Source of the DNA: Bugula neritina
Lineage: Eukaryota > Animalia > Bryozoa
Direction: 5' to 3'
DNA: 64,000 bases
Assembly (NCBI GenBank): GCA_964035545.1
Contig: OZ037769.1
Location: 5,127,929-5,191,928 of the forward strand
This document shows positions 36,501-46,929 of this stretch, one piece after another (positions within the stretch are counted from its first letter, which is position 1; every line of letters begins with the position of its first letter). Position numbers and translations under genes: made by a program. A model generated the notes under the pieces. That model made no database searches. It worked only from the letters and a program-made list of their open reading frames with translations, and was not told the origin of the DNA.

Positions 36501-38997
36501 CTCGATACTGACGCCAGTGACCAAAATGTCGGCGCTGTGCTGTCCCAGGTGCAGGAGGGCCGCGAAGTAGTCGTGGCCTATTACAGTAAGTCTCTCTCAC
36601 CCACTGAACGAAATTACTGCACTACCCGAAAGGAATTACTGGCAGTAATCAAGTCAGTGAAGCATTTCAGACCTTATCTATACGGCAGGAAGTTCCGCTT
36701 GCAGACCGACCACGCCTCCTTGATTTGGTTATGCAAGAGAGCAGAACCGTCCAGCCAAGTCGCCCGATGGCTCGAGGTCCTGGCCGAGTTCTCTTACCGG
36801 ATCGAACACCGACCCGGTAAGAAACACGGCAATGCTGATGGACTGAGCCGGCGACCGGACGAGGGGTGTAAACAGTGCCTCAACATCGAGAAGAGGGATG
36901 GGGGTCCTCCAAAATCCGAGTTGAGAGCACTGAATCACTCTGAAACGGAGTATGACTGGGACCAGGGTCAACTCCTACAGAAGGCCGCTACGCCCCCGGA
37001 GGCTATCCAACGCCTCCGTGCCAATCCTGTCTTGGCTGATAACGTTAGGGAGCTACGAAGACTCCAGGAGGACCTCCCTGGAGTGGTAGCCGACGTATAT
37101 CATGCCAAAAAGGAGGGGCGACGACCCAGTGAAGAACAACTGCGACAGAGATGCACCGAGTTACGGTCGTACTGTCAACGTTGGGACTCCCTGCGGATTG
37201 GGCCAGATGGTCTGCTGACCATCACAGTGGCCGCTCACAACAACCAGTACGGCAGGAAGAGGGTGATCTGCCCAGCCGCCATACGCCGTGAGTTAGTATG
37301 GGACACCCACAAACAGGCCCACGCCGGGGTAAGCAGGGTGCTCTCCAAGTTACAACTCCGGTGGTACTGGCCCGGCATGGAGCGTGAGGTGCGGCGTAGA
37401 GTCAAACAATGCGAAATCTGCCAGGCCAGCAAGCATGGCCGTCTCCCTGGCGAAGCGGGACGGCGTAGGCTATATGCTGGGAGGCCGTGGCAGGTGGTAG
37501 CTATCGACCTAGTCGGACCCATGCCCGTCACCCCCAGAGGAAACAGTTGGATCCTAGTATTAACCGACCACTTTACACGGTGGGCGGACGCCCTGGCTAT
37601 TCCAGATGCGTCCGCCCCCACGGTGGCCAGGGTGCTAGACCAAAATGTATTCTGCTATCTTGGACTACCTGAGCAAATACATTCGGACCAGGGGGCTCAA
37701 TTCCAGTCCCAACTGTTGAGCGACCTCTGCCGCCTCTGGGGAGTAAACCAAAGCAGGACCACCCCGTACCATCCTCAGGGCAACGGGGTGGTGGAACGCA
37801 ACAACCGCATGTTGGGCGATGCACTGCGCAGTCTGCTCCTCGGCCGGAGTCAGGAGGAGTGAGATACGGTACTGCCGCAAGTCATGCGGGCCTACCGTAG
37901 TACACCACACACCAGTACGGGGGAAACCCCTAACCTCCTGATGCTCGGTCGAGAGACGCGAGTGCCTGACCACCTCACATACCACATCCCAGAGCAAGAC
38001 TATACCATCCACGAATATGCCAGTAAATTGATAGAGGACCTGAGGGCCGCACACGAAATACTGCGGGCGAAGCAGTGGCAGGTACGGCAGGAGGACTCTC
38101 AGGAACCACCCCTCTATCAAACTGGGGACTGGGTGTGGATGGTCAACTACCGTAGGCGTCGAGGACAAGCGGCTAAACTCCAGCCTAAGTTTGTGGGACC
38201 CTACGTAGTAGTTGAGGCTATGCCCAACCATACGTACAAGTTGGAGCGATCTGGACAGGTCTCTGTCCAGAACGAAGCCCGCTTGAAACCGTATTGGGCT
38301 AGCCCAGGAGCAGCAGGAGCAGCCCCCCCCGTTGTTGGAGCCCAGGAGGCAGACAGTAACGCGCGGGCGGCAACGGCATGGACCAGAATACGAAGTGGTT
38401 GTGCCGCGGGGAGAGGACTTGGTGAGGCAGGAGACGCCACTCCCACCAACGGAAGTGCGCCCACCGCCCCCAGTGCCAAGTCTACTCCCACCACTTCCGG
38501 ATCCGCATCCGCGTCCGGAAGTGCAAAACCCCCCCGTGGGAGGGGCTCCATCTGGAGACAACAGCGGAGAGGGAAACACCACCACCAACGGCGGGCCAGA
38601 AACACCACAGGTGGAGCAAAATAGCCCACCAGTGAGTACACCGCCCCAACCAACAGCTATAACCCCCTCTCCAGTTGATACGTCACCTCCCCTGGAACGG
38701 GGACAGCGTACTAGACAACCCCCAGCATACCTTAAAGACTTCATATGTGACCGTGTTACAAACGGCAGTTATGAAAGTCTAGCTGGGCGCCGTACGGAAG
38801 GACTGGCAACAAAGCGTGGGAGTTGTGAACACCACGGAAATCTCAACTTTTGCGAAGGCGGAGTAGTAAACAAAACTACTACGCCCGGGGCAAATAGTTC
38901 CAGCCGTGCGCAACAACCACGCTGCCCAGTCTTTTCGTACGCTGACGTTGTCAAGGGCAGACGCATTCAAACTCAATCCACGGACATCCAAGCTTGA
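33537..38997 (+). pseudogene. Gypsy Gag-Pol (PR-RT-RNase H-IN) with a nonsense codon and a frameshift in the integrase C-terminal part
   Basis: LLDSGCTTN protease, WRFCVDYRKLN/YLDD RT, DTDAS RNase H, HKQAH..CEIC and IDLVGP/HSDQG/GVVER integrase. TGA at 37860-37862 sits where EEWD is expected and the frame continues (37884 ORF is in frame); a shift in the C-run at ~38323-38329 leads into the 38332-38997 frame. Confidence 0.93.
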
Positions 38998-39287
38998 ACG
39001 CTGAGTATGATTACAAATACCGGGTTCTCAGGTAAGCTTGCTCTGAGCTAACATTTCCACTCATGGAAACCAATCTACCATCAGTCAGTTCTGATTTAAT
39101 CGCCTTGATTGAATCACAACTACTGGGGACTGAGTCCTACGTGAAAGGCGACGAGAACATAAAGATGGCCGGCGATCTACTAGATCTGGAGCTTGACACT
39201 ATGTCTCTCTGTCAGTCTACACGACACGACTCAGTCCCTCGAGTGCTATCCGAAAAGATGTATGACTCCTAGACTAGTAACAGTCGG

Positions 39288-40151
39288 TTGTCATCAGAAT
39301 TATGGTGTAAAGATCACATTCGATCTAACAGTAATTCTGCTCTTTTAGATACCGCTCTCTCTCCTCTCTCTGGTGACATGCCGTCACTAGAAATGGCTTG
39401 GAACGAGGAACCCGTTCCCACTACTCTTCCGGAGGCACTCTTACAGCAGTCATGCTGGGTTACACCAGATACAGAAACACTGATACGAGAACACAAGGGA
39501 GACGACCAATGCACCACCTGCCGTTTATGCCAGCTTCACTTCACTACTCCACGAAGACTTCGAGTTCACATTCCCCAACATTATTTCACCACCTTTTGTC
39601 CCTGTGGTGAATATAGTTACCACAGGGACTACATCCTCCGTCACCAGCGAACTATGGGATGCCATGTTGAACACCTTTTCGAAGTCGACGAACCCTCCTT
39701 TCCACAATTCCTTAATCTCATCCGACCATTCATATCAGACCCAGCTCGCTATGAACGGCTGCGTCAGGAATTCCCCGCACCCAGGACCATCACACAAGGA
39801 CCCTGCCCTAAACCACCCGGATATAGGAAACCACACGTACCCCGTCCCTCACCCCCCGCACGCACAGTGCCCCGCCCCGACTCTATACCCAGAGTCGTGT
39901 TACGGCGCATCGATATACCACAGCGATGGCGTCCCTCTCCCCCTGTCTCTCCAAGGCCTTCTCGTAAACGGCGTTGGCCATCTTCGTCCCCCAACCGACA
40001 CTCTGCCCCTGCCCGGAATCTAGGCGAGGCAGAAGAGCGGATACGAGAATTAGAGAAGGAGGTGCAAAGACTGACACCGAGAATCTCCGCCGCCGCATCA
40101 GAACTCCGGGCCCTCTCTGCCTCTGTAGCCCGAATGAAAGGAAGCGCTTGA
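39288..40151 (+). CDS. Retrotransposon accessory ORF: two C2H2-like zinc fingers, Pro/Arg-rich linker, basic NLS-like patch, C-terminal coiled coil
   Basis: CRLCQLHFTTPRRLRVHIPQH and CPCGEYSYHRDYILRHQRTMGCH; RPSRKRR; LGEAEERIRELEKEVQRL..ELRALSASVARM. Lies between pol and the 3' LTR. The true start probably comes from splicing into the acceptor at 39348. Confidence 0.72.
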   Translation: MSSELWCKDHIRSNSNSALLDTALSPLSGDMPSLEMAWNEEPVPTTLPEALLQQSCWVTPDTETLIREHKGDDQCTTCRLCQLHFTTPRRLRVHIPQHYFTTFCPCGEYSYHRDYILRHQRTMGCHVEHLFEVDEPSFPQFLNLIRPFISDPARYERLRQEFPAPRTITQGPCPKPPGYRKPHVPRPSPPARTVPRPDSIPRVVLRRIDIPQRWRPSPPVSPRPSRKRRWPSSSPNRHSAPARNLGEAEERIRELEKEVQRLTPRISAAASELRALSASVARMKGSA

Positions 40152-41646
40152 AGACGATATCCCCCAAACTCCCTACCCGTGATGGTACTGCAGGTGGTGC
40201 CCCATCCCGAACCCTTCTCACGCCCGGTGCTCACAAACAATTACTCAGTGTGACAATATTATAGTAACCTACCAGTATACAGCTCTACCTCTATAGACTA
40301 TTCCCTTACAAGTGCCTCCTGCCGGTGTCATTGTGTATTTACTGTTATATATTTTTTTTATATATATATGTTTTTCTTATTACTGTACATAGCCATGTTC
40401 TTTCTTTTATGTGCCACACGCTCTCTCAGTTTTTTTAGTTTTATAACGTTTATGTCTGAATTAATTGTATCTGTGTTATCAGAAAGTAGGGCTTTCTGCT
40501 GGGGGGGGGGGGGCGGTGTAGTGAGGACGTAATACGCGCGTCCCCCAAACCCCTTCAGCCTATCGGAGTGCGTCACGTGATAACCCTCAGCGAGTAGTAG
40601 TTTATCAGTAGAGAGAGCGTACTAACTAAGTGAAGATGTAGTTTCTAATCTGCGTACTTTTTGTATCTTTCTATATACTTAGTAGCGAATAAACTTTGTA
40701 AACTCTTACTTAAATACTTTATTGATGTGGATAAATAGACTATAATTACAAGCTAGGAACCCACGCATAGTAATTACACGAATTACTACAATATTTTAAC
40801 ATTGATGTTCTGACTGCAATTCTCATTGTGTATTTAATTTGTATAACTTTCTATCCCAATTGTGACTTATCTATTTATGTTTGCTAGTATAACACAGCAA
40901 GATTTCAAAGGATCGCTAAGACAATCTTTGTTTTGGTTTGGTTCATTCTTGTAACATTTTTGTTATTGTGATTTGCTTGCTTTGTTATTATCATCAAATA
41001 GATATACATATTATACAACACATATATATTATAATTTCAATTCTTCTGGGGGATCAAATCCCAAATTTGTCTCACAGAATATTAACCTGAGTGCTAACCA
41101 TTACACAATATACGTAGAACCGCACATACACATTACTACATGATTTCCAAACCATAATATTTGTCGAGCAAAGATAACTCTTATCTTTGATTATCAACTG
41201 CAAATTATTTAGAAATTTTGAAGCTAAAAGCCAATAAATAACTTCGCTTCATTTTAACTGACCAATCTGACTAAATTAGAAGTTCAATTTAAATTGATTC
41301 AAAACTAATATTTAATTATTTAATATAAATTATAAATTACAAAATATAAATTTATTTCAAATTTTTGTTCGACAATATCAAGACAGCGTGATCAGTTATA
41401 ATTTAGAGTTATTATCCCATGCTGCCATTTAAAACTTTGACGACAGAACGCAAATTTGATTCGTTTTCTAATGAGCTGTTCAGTATCGCCAAACGAATCA
41501 CTGTACGTTACAAAGCTCTGGTCATGTAGTTGCACGTGGTTTGCAATAACACTATTGAGCTGTGTATCGTAATATTATATGGCAGCAGTGATTGGTTGAT
41601 AATAAGTGAACTGTTGTTATGATTTGCTCTTTCCGAAACTTCTACA

Positions 41647-41657
41647 TGGCGGGAAAA
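41647..41657 (+). promoter_or_regulatory. E2F site in the probable CDC45 promoter
   Basis: TGGCGGGAAAA (TTTTCCCGCCA), inverted CCAAT at ~41592 and a GTAAGT donor at 41702. CDC45 is an established E2F target in animals. Confidence 0.55.
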
Positions 41658-41789
41658 TAATCTTTCCATGTATTTCCATTGTACCTCTGTGGTATTTTGA
41701 TGTAAGTATAATTATTTGCTAACTCAATCATTGTCAGCAGTCGTAGAGCAATCAAATTTGTTGGACTCGGTAAAAAATAATTGAAATTT

Positions 41790-42470
41790 ATTACTAATAC
41801 TGATTATTGTACTTATTGTAATTGGTAAATTGAATTGTGATGCTAATGATAATTGATTAATATTATTGATAAATCATAAAATGATAAATAATAATATAAT
41901 TATTTATAATACTGATAGTGATACTCTATGAGTCTACGTCTACTAGTACTACTAGTACTAGTACTAGTACTAGTGATACTACTACTAGTGCTAGTAGTAG
42001 CTCTACTACTCTATTACTACTAGTACTATTAGTATTAGTATTAACTATTACATTTACTAGAGTGATTCTTATAGTTATACTAATGCAAATATTAAGTCTA
42101 AGACTAAGAGTAAGTAAAATCATAATCATAATGATAATCATAATCATGGTAATAATGTTTAGGCTAATACTAATAGTAATACTAATACAGTAATACAGTA
42201 TTACTAATAATTATAATAATAGTAAAACTAATACTAATAGTAATACTAATAGTAAATCACTAAATGTAATGGTTTAGTGATCGTAATACTAAAGGTAACA
42301 GTAGTAAATTGAATTGATTGAGTGAACAATACTCATAGCTTTAAGTAATTGCTGATAAAATTTAATAATGTTAATAGTAAATCACTTTAATTAAATGCCC
42401 AATGCTCATAACTGCAACTGCAAGTAATTGATCAAATCTAATTGCTGATAAAATTGAGTACTATAATTAA
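41790..42470. repeat. Low-complexity 3/6-bp periodic tract ((ACTAGT)n, (AATACT)n)
   Basis: Read directly; explains the ORFs at 41918-42193. Confidence 0.8.
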
Positions 42471-42771
42471 ATTCAATGAATAAATAGCATGTATTATAAT
42501 TATAAATATTTACTCTTCTAATTTGTTATTGTACCTGTAATGTGCATGACATTGCATCATGCAGTTGTGTAACTGTTTTGTAAATATTATTATAGTTGTG
42601 TGGTTTTCCTTTATGTCCTAAATCCCCTTTATCTTTGTGGTTTATATATATGTTGTCTGTCTTAGAAATGTGTTTGTAGTGATTAGTTGTGCTTTCCAAA
42701 TAAAGATATTTCAGTGAACTTTAAGTATAATACTATTACAAGCTATTTCGGCGTTTATCAGTGGTAGAAAT

Positions 42772-43539
42772 ATGGCAGTCAGGGTGTCGGATCTAGTGAA
42801 AAATTATGAGGACAGTTCGGTTAATGGAGACTTTACTGAGTGGTGTGAGAAGCTGGAGCTAGTAGCAAAGTTGCAGAAAGTAGAAGATTTTGCATCGTTT
42901 CTGCCATTATTCTTGGCAGGTCCAGCATTTACTGTGTATAAACAGTTTTCAGAGGATGTTAAATCAGACTTTCCGAAGTTAAAGGCTGAGCTGATGACGT
43001 CATTCTGTGAGAGCAGTTACAGTGCTTACGATCAACTTAGATCAAGAAGTCTAAAAGAAGGTGAAGCTGTAGATGTCTATGTAGCTGACTTGAGAAGGCT
43101 AGTAACACTGATAGGTCAGAAAACTCCTGAGCCTTTACTGAAATGTGCATTTATTGCTGGTTTGCCAGTAGATGTTGCTACACAAATAAAATCTGTCGCT
43201 GCTGTTGAAAAGTTGAGCTTAGAAGAGTTAGTTGGTAGAGCTAGGATAATGTTATCAACAGCAACTGTAGACACTTTGACACCCTGTGCTGCTGGTAGGA
43301 ATGTTACTAGAAAGTGTTTTAAATGTTTTTCACCACACCATTCACCTTGGAACTGTAACACTGAGAAAAGTCAAAATGGGAACATGAATGCTAATCGAAA
43401 TGCCAATAATCATCAACAGTACAGAAGATGGAGCATTCAGTGCTATACTTGTCAGGCTTGGGGGCATATTAGTAGGAATTGCCCACAGGGAAATGGCGGT
43501 GGGGCAGTGTCAGCACCGGATGCTCACCCCAACAACTAA
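42772..43539 (+). CDS. Gag with two CCHC zinc knuckles
   Basis: 255-aa ORF from an ATG just after the PBS; CFKCFSPHHSPWNC and CYTCQAWGHISRNC. Confidence 0.88.
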   Translation: MAVRVSDLVKNYEDSSVNGDFTEWCEKLELVAKLQKVEDFASFLPLFLAGPAFTVYKQFSEDVKSDFPKLKAELMTSFCESSYSAYDQLRSRSLKEGEAVDVYVADLRRLVTLIGQKTPEPLLKCAFIAGLPVDVATQIKSVAAVEKLSLEELVGRARIMLSTATVDTLTPCAAGRNVTRKCFKCFSPHHSPWNCNTEKSQNGNMNANRNANNHQQYRRWSIQCYTCQAWGHISRNCPQGNGGGAVSAPDAHPNN

Positions 43540-46437
43540 ATTACAATGCGGTGCTACCACTAATAACTTTAAATGTAAACGGTGTGAGTATAAAAGCACT
43601 AGTAGATAGTGGTTGTGAACAATCAGTAGTTTTAGAAAGATTTTGTAATCAAATAGGTGTTGCACCATGTGGTCCTGAACAGAGGGTTTTAATGCTAAAT
43701 GGACAAATAACTAAATGTAGGGGTGAAGCTCAATTAGCAGTGCAGGTTAGGAATCGTCGTCTCTCTGTAAAATGTTTAATAGCTCCAATGTTAGTAGGTG
43801 GTTGCTCTTTAATTTTGGGAATGGATGCTATTAGTAAGTTAGGTGGTGTGACAATTACTAGGAATAAGCAAGTGATGTTTCCTGCAGTTGAACCAACAAC
43901 AGAAGTAGGTAAAGTTAGTGCTGTTAGTGTAGGTGTAGGAGTAGATAGATTTGATAAGACATTAACTAGTGATAGTAAAGGTGAACTTTTTGTTAGTGAC
44001 ATTGACTTTAATGCTAAATTTGATGGTAAAAAATGGACAGTGAGGTGGAAATGGGAGAATGGTGAGCCGATATTACAGAATCAATGTGGTCAGTATGCTG
44101 TAAAAGACAAATTCAAACAGAGTTACCATGAGGAGATTCAGCAATGGATTAATGATGGATGGCTACAATTGTATGACAATAAATTGCATGGTACAGTCAC
44201 TGGAATTGTACCATTGATGGCTGCTGCCCAGCCAAATAAACCAACCCAGGTCCGACCTGTTATGGATTATAGTAGAGAACTCAACAAATACATCTACAAT
44301 AAGCCCAGTGGTGACACTGCCATTTGTCAGGATAAATTGAGGAAATGGAGGTTACTTGGTGACAACGCCAGTTTGCTGGATCTAAGAAAAGCTTTCTTAC
44401 AACTTCATGTGGATAGTGATTTGCAAAGGTTCCAAGCTGTACGGTATGAGGGTAAGATCTATGTAATGACTAGGTTAGGTTTTGGTTTAAATGTGGCACC
44501 TAAAATCATGTCAAAAGTTTTATCTACAGTCCTGGCTCAAGATGACACTATACGCAAAGGTACTGATAGTTATATAGATGACATTATAGTTGATGAGACT
44601 GTTGTTTCGGTAGAAGTAGTTCGAAATCATTTGTTGAAGTTTGGTTTGGTAACTGAAGAACCAGAGAAACTGAGTAATGCTAGAGTTTTAGGGCTAAGGG
44701 TTAGAGAGGAGTGGAGAGGTGGCATGTCATGTTATAGCTGGCAGCGTGATGGTGAGCTCCCATCTCTTGAGTCAAATAGCAACATAAGCAAGCGAGAGCT
44801 GTTTTTCGGTGTGTGGTAAACTGACTGGACATTTTCCTGTAGCAGGGTGGCTTAGGGTAGCATGCAGTTTTATGAAAAGGTTAACGCAATCAGATATGTG
44901 GGATAGTGCTGTGTCTGACCATGTCCAAAAAATGTTGTTAGAGACATTAGATAGAGTTGCAAAATCTGATCCTGTGAAAGGAAAGTGGCATGTGGCCAAT
45001 ACTGATACAGGCACTGTATGGTGTGATGCAAGCAGTTTGGCAATAGGGGTGTCTGTGCAAATAGATGGCCAGATAGTGGAGGATGCTTCGTGGATGAGAA
45101 AACCCGATGATTGCACCCACATCAATGTAGCAGAGTTAGAAGCTGTTAATGGCTGTTCATGCCATTAAAAGTTAATGGCATGAATGAGATGATTGTGAAA
45201 CGTAGGTTAGGTGTTATAGCAGAACTGATAGAAGAGTACAAGCTGTCATTAAAAATACATTTAGTGAAATCAGCTGAGAATTGGGCAGATGCTCTGACAC
45301 GAGTGAGTTCAGCATGGCTTAGTAAGCGAATAACCTGTGCAAGTGTAGGTGTGGCAACTCCTGATGTAGCTGACCTGAAGGATGAAATAGCCAAGCTGCA
45401 TGGAATGCATCATTTGGGCAATGAAAGAACATTTTATTTAGCTAAATGTAAATTCGGAGGAGGCATAGACAAGGAGTTAGTTGAAAGAGTAGTTAAAGAA
45501 TGTGCTGTGTGTAGGAGCATTGACCCTTCTCCAGTGCAGTGGGAAAGAGGAGTTCTGGAGGTCAATGAGAATTGGTATAGGCTGGCAATGAATGTGAGTC
45601 ATTATAATTGTGTACCATACTTGACTTATCGACTGTGGTCCAAGTAGATTCGCTGTGTGGATAAAGTTGCAGAATGAGACTGCTGACTCTGTGGTAAATC
45701 AGCTACTAAAGGTGTTTCAGCAGCGTGGTCCACTGACAGAGTTACTGTCAGACAACGGACCGTGTTTCAGAAGTGACAGATTGGAACAGCTACTTAGGCA
45801 GTGGGATGTACAGCACATATTTAGCTGTGCTTATAGAGCATCTGGGAAAGGTGTCATAGAGTGCAATCACAGGACTATAAAAAGAATGGCAGCTCGAACT
45901 AGATCTTCAATAGAAAATACGGTAATTTGGTACAACAACACCCCAAATAGTAACAATGTAGTACCCTCACAAAGTTTATACAGCTATGATGTAAAGCTGC
46001 CTAAAGTATCACCATCAACAATAGGCAAGCCCACAGACATTACAAAAAACCCCTACAATGTAGGAGACAAAGTTTATGTAAAATCTGTGAATTCTAAATG
46101 CACAACTGCATGGCCACAGGGCATGATTACCAGGGTTGTGTCGAACACTGCGGTGATGGTAGATGGTATGACACGACATATAAGTGATGTCCGACTGGCT
46201 AATACAGGGAACAGGGAAAGTGGTGACATTTCGTCCAGTACAAAACAGCAACCTCAGGTACATGGAGACATTGAAATTAACCTGAGGTCAGATAATGCTG
46301 ATGAGGATGCAGATGCAAATAGAGTTGTGGATGGTGAAAATGTTGAGGAAGGTGAAAGTGTAGACGAAGTGATTGACCGACCAGTGAGAGATAGACGGCC
46401 ACCTAGGTGGTTAGCAGACTTTTATGTAGATGACTAA
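43479..46437 (+). pseudogene. Pol (PR-RT-RNase H-IN) with frameshifts and an RNase H deletion
   Basis: Overlaps gag in the -1 frame with a GGGAAAT slippery-like site at ~43488; ALVDSGC, LDLRKAFLQ, YIDD, WCDAS, HINVAELEAV, H-H-C-C and LLSDNGPCF motifs spread over four ORF fragments. Confidence 0.9.
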
Positions 46438-46929
46438 ACGTTTTTCTTTTTTGTTTTATTATATATCTGTTTGATCTGATAAGATCAGGGGGAAATGTAA
46501 TGTGCATGACATTGCATCATGCAGTTGTGTAACTGTTTTGTAAATATTATTGTAGTTGTGTGGTTTTCCTTTATGTCCTAAATCCCCTTTATCTTTGTGG
46601 TTTATATATATGTTGTCTGTCTTAGAAATGTGTTTGTAGTGATTAGTTGTGCTTTCCAAATAAAGATATTTCAGTAAACTTTAAGTATAATACTATTACA
46701 GTACCCAATTTGTAACCAACCGTTGGTATAATCAACTGTGTAATATCAAACTGTTGGTGAGTTGATAATTTTTGTTTATTGGTTGTTATTTCGACTTCAA
46801 ATGAAACCCACACATCTTCATTTTTGCAGGTCTCGTGGTGCTTTATTCTACAAATTATAATACAGACTAACCTGTGCTGATAAAACAAACGTTGCACTTG
46901 CTATAAGTTTCAAGAAATTAGCTTCCATT

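Larger units (their letters stand above)
33202..40790 (+). mobile_element. Full-length Ty3/Gypsy LTR retrotransposon with an extra 3' ORF
   Basis: 274-bp LTRs (33202-33475, 40517-40790) with no difference seen by eye, TGTAGT...ACTACA ends, 4-bp TSD ATAT, PBS TGGTGGCAGCAGTGGGATT (3' end of tRNA-Leu type), poly-G PPT at ~40500-40516. Confidence 0.96.
42536..46700 (+). mobile_element. LTR retrotransposon with Ty3/Gypsy domain order, defective copy
   Basis: 205-bp LTRs (42536-42740, 46496-46700; 2 mismatches seen), TGTAA...TTACA ends, 5-bp TSD GTACC, PPT AAGATCAGGGGGAAA, atypical PBS AGCTATTTCGGC. Confidence 0.95.

Noticed and set aside
37860-37862. Programmed readthrough or selenocysteine at the in-frame TGA
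   Set aside because: It falls on a conserved integrase Trp (EEWD); a single G>A mutation is the simpler explanation.
37665-38744. 359-aa antisense ORF and other overlapping ORFs in the Gypsy element
   Set aside because: Expected shadow ORFs in GC-rich coding DNA; no recognisable motifs.
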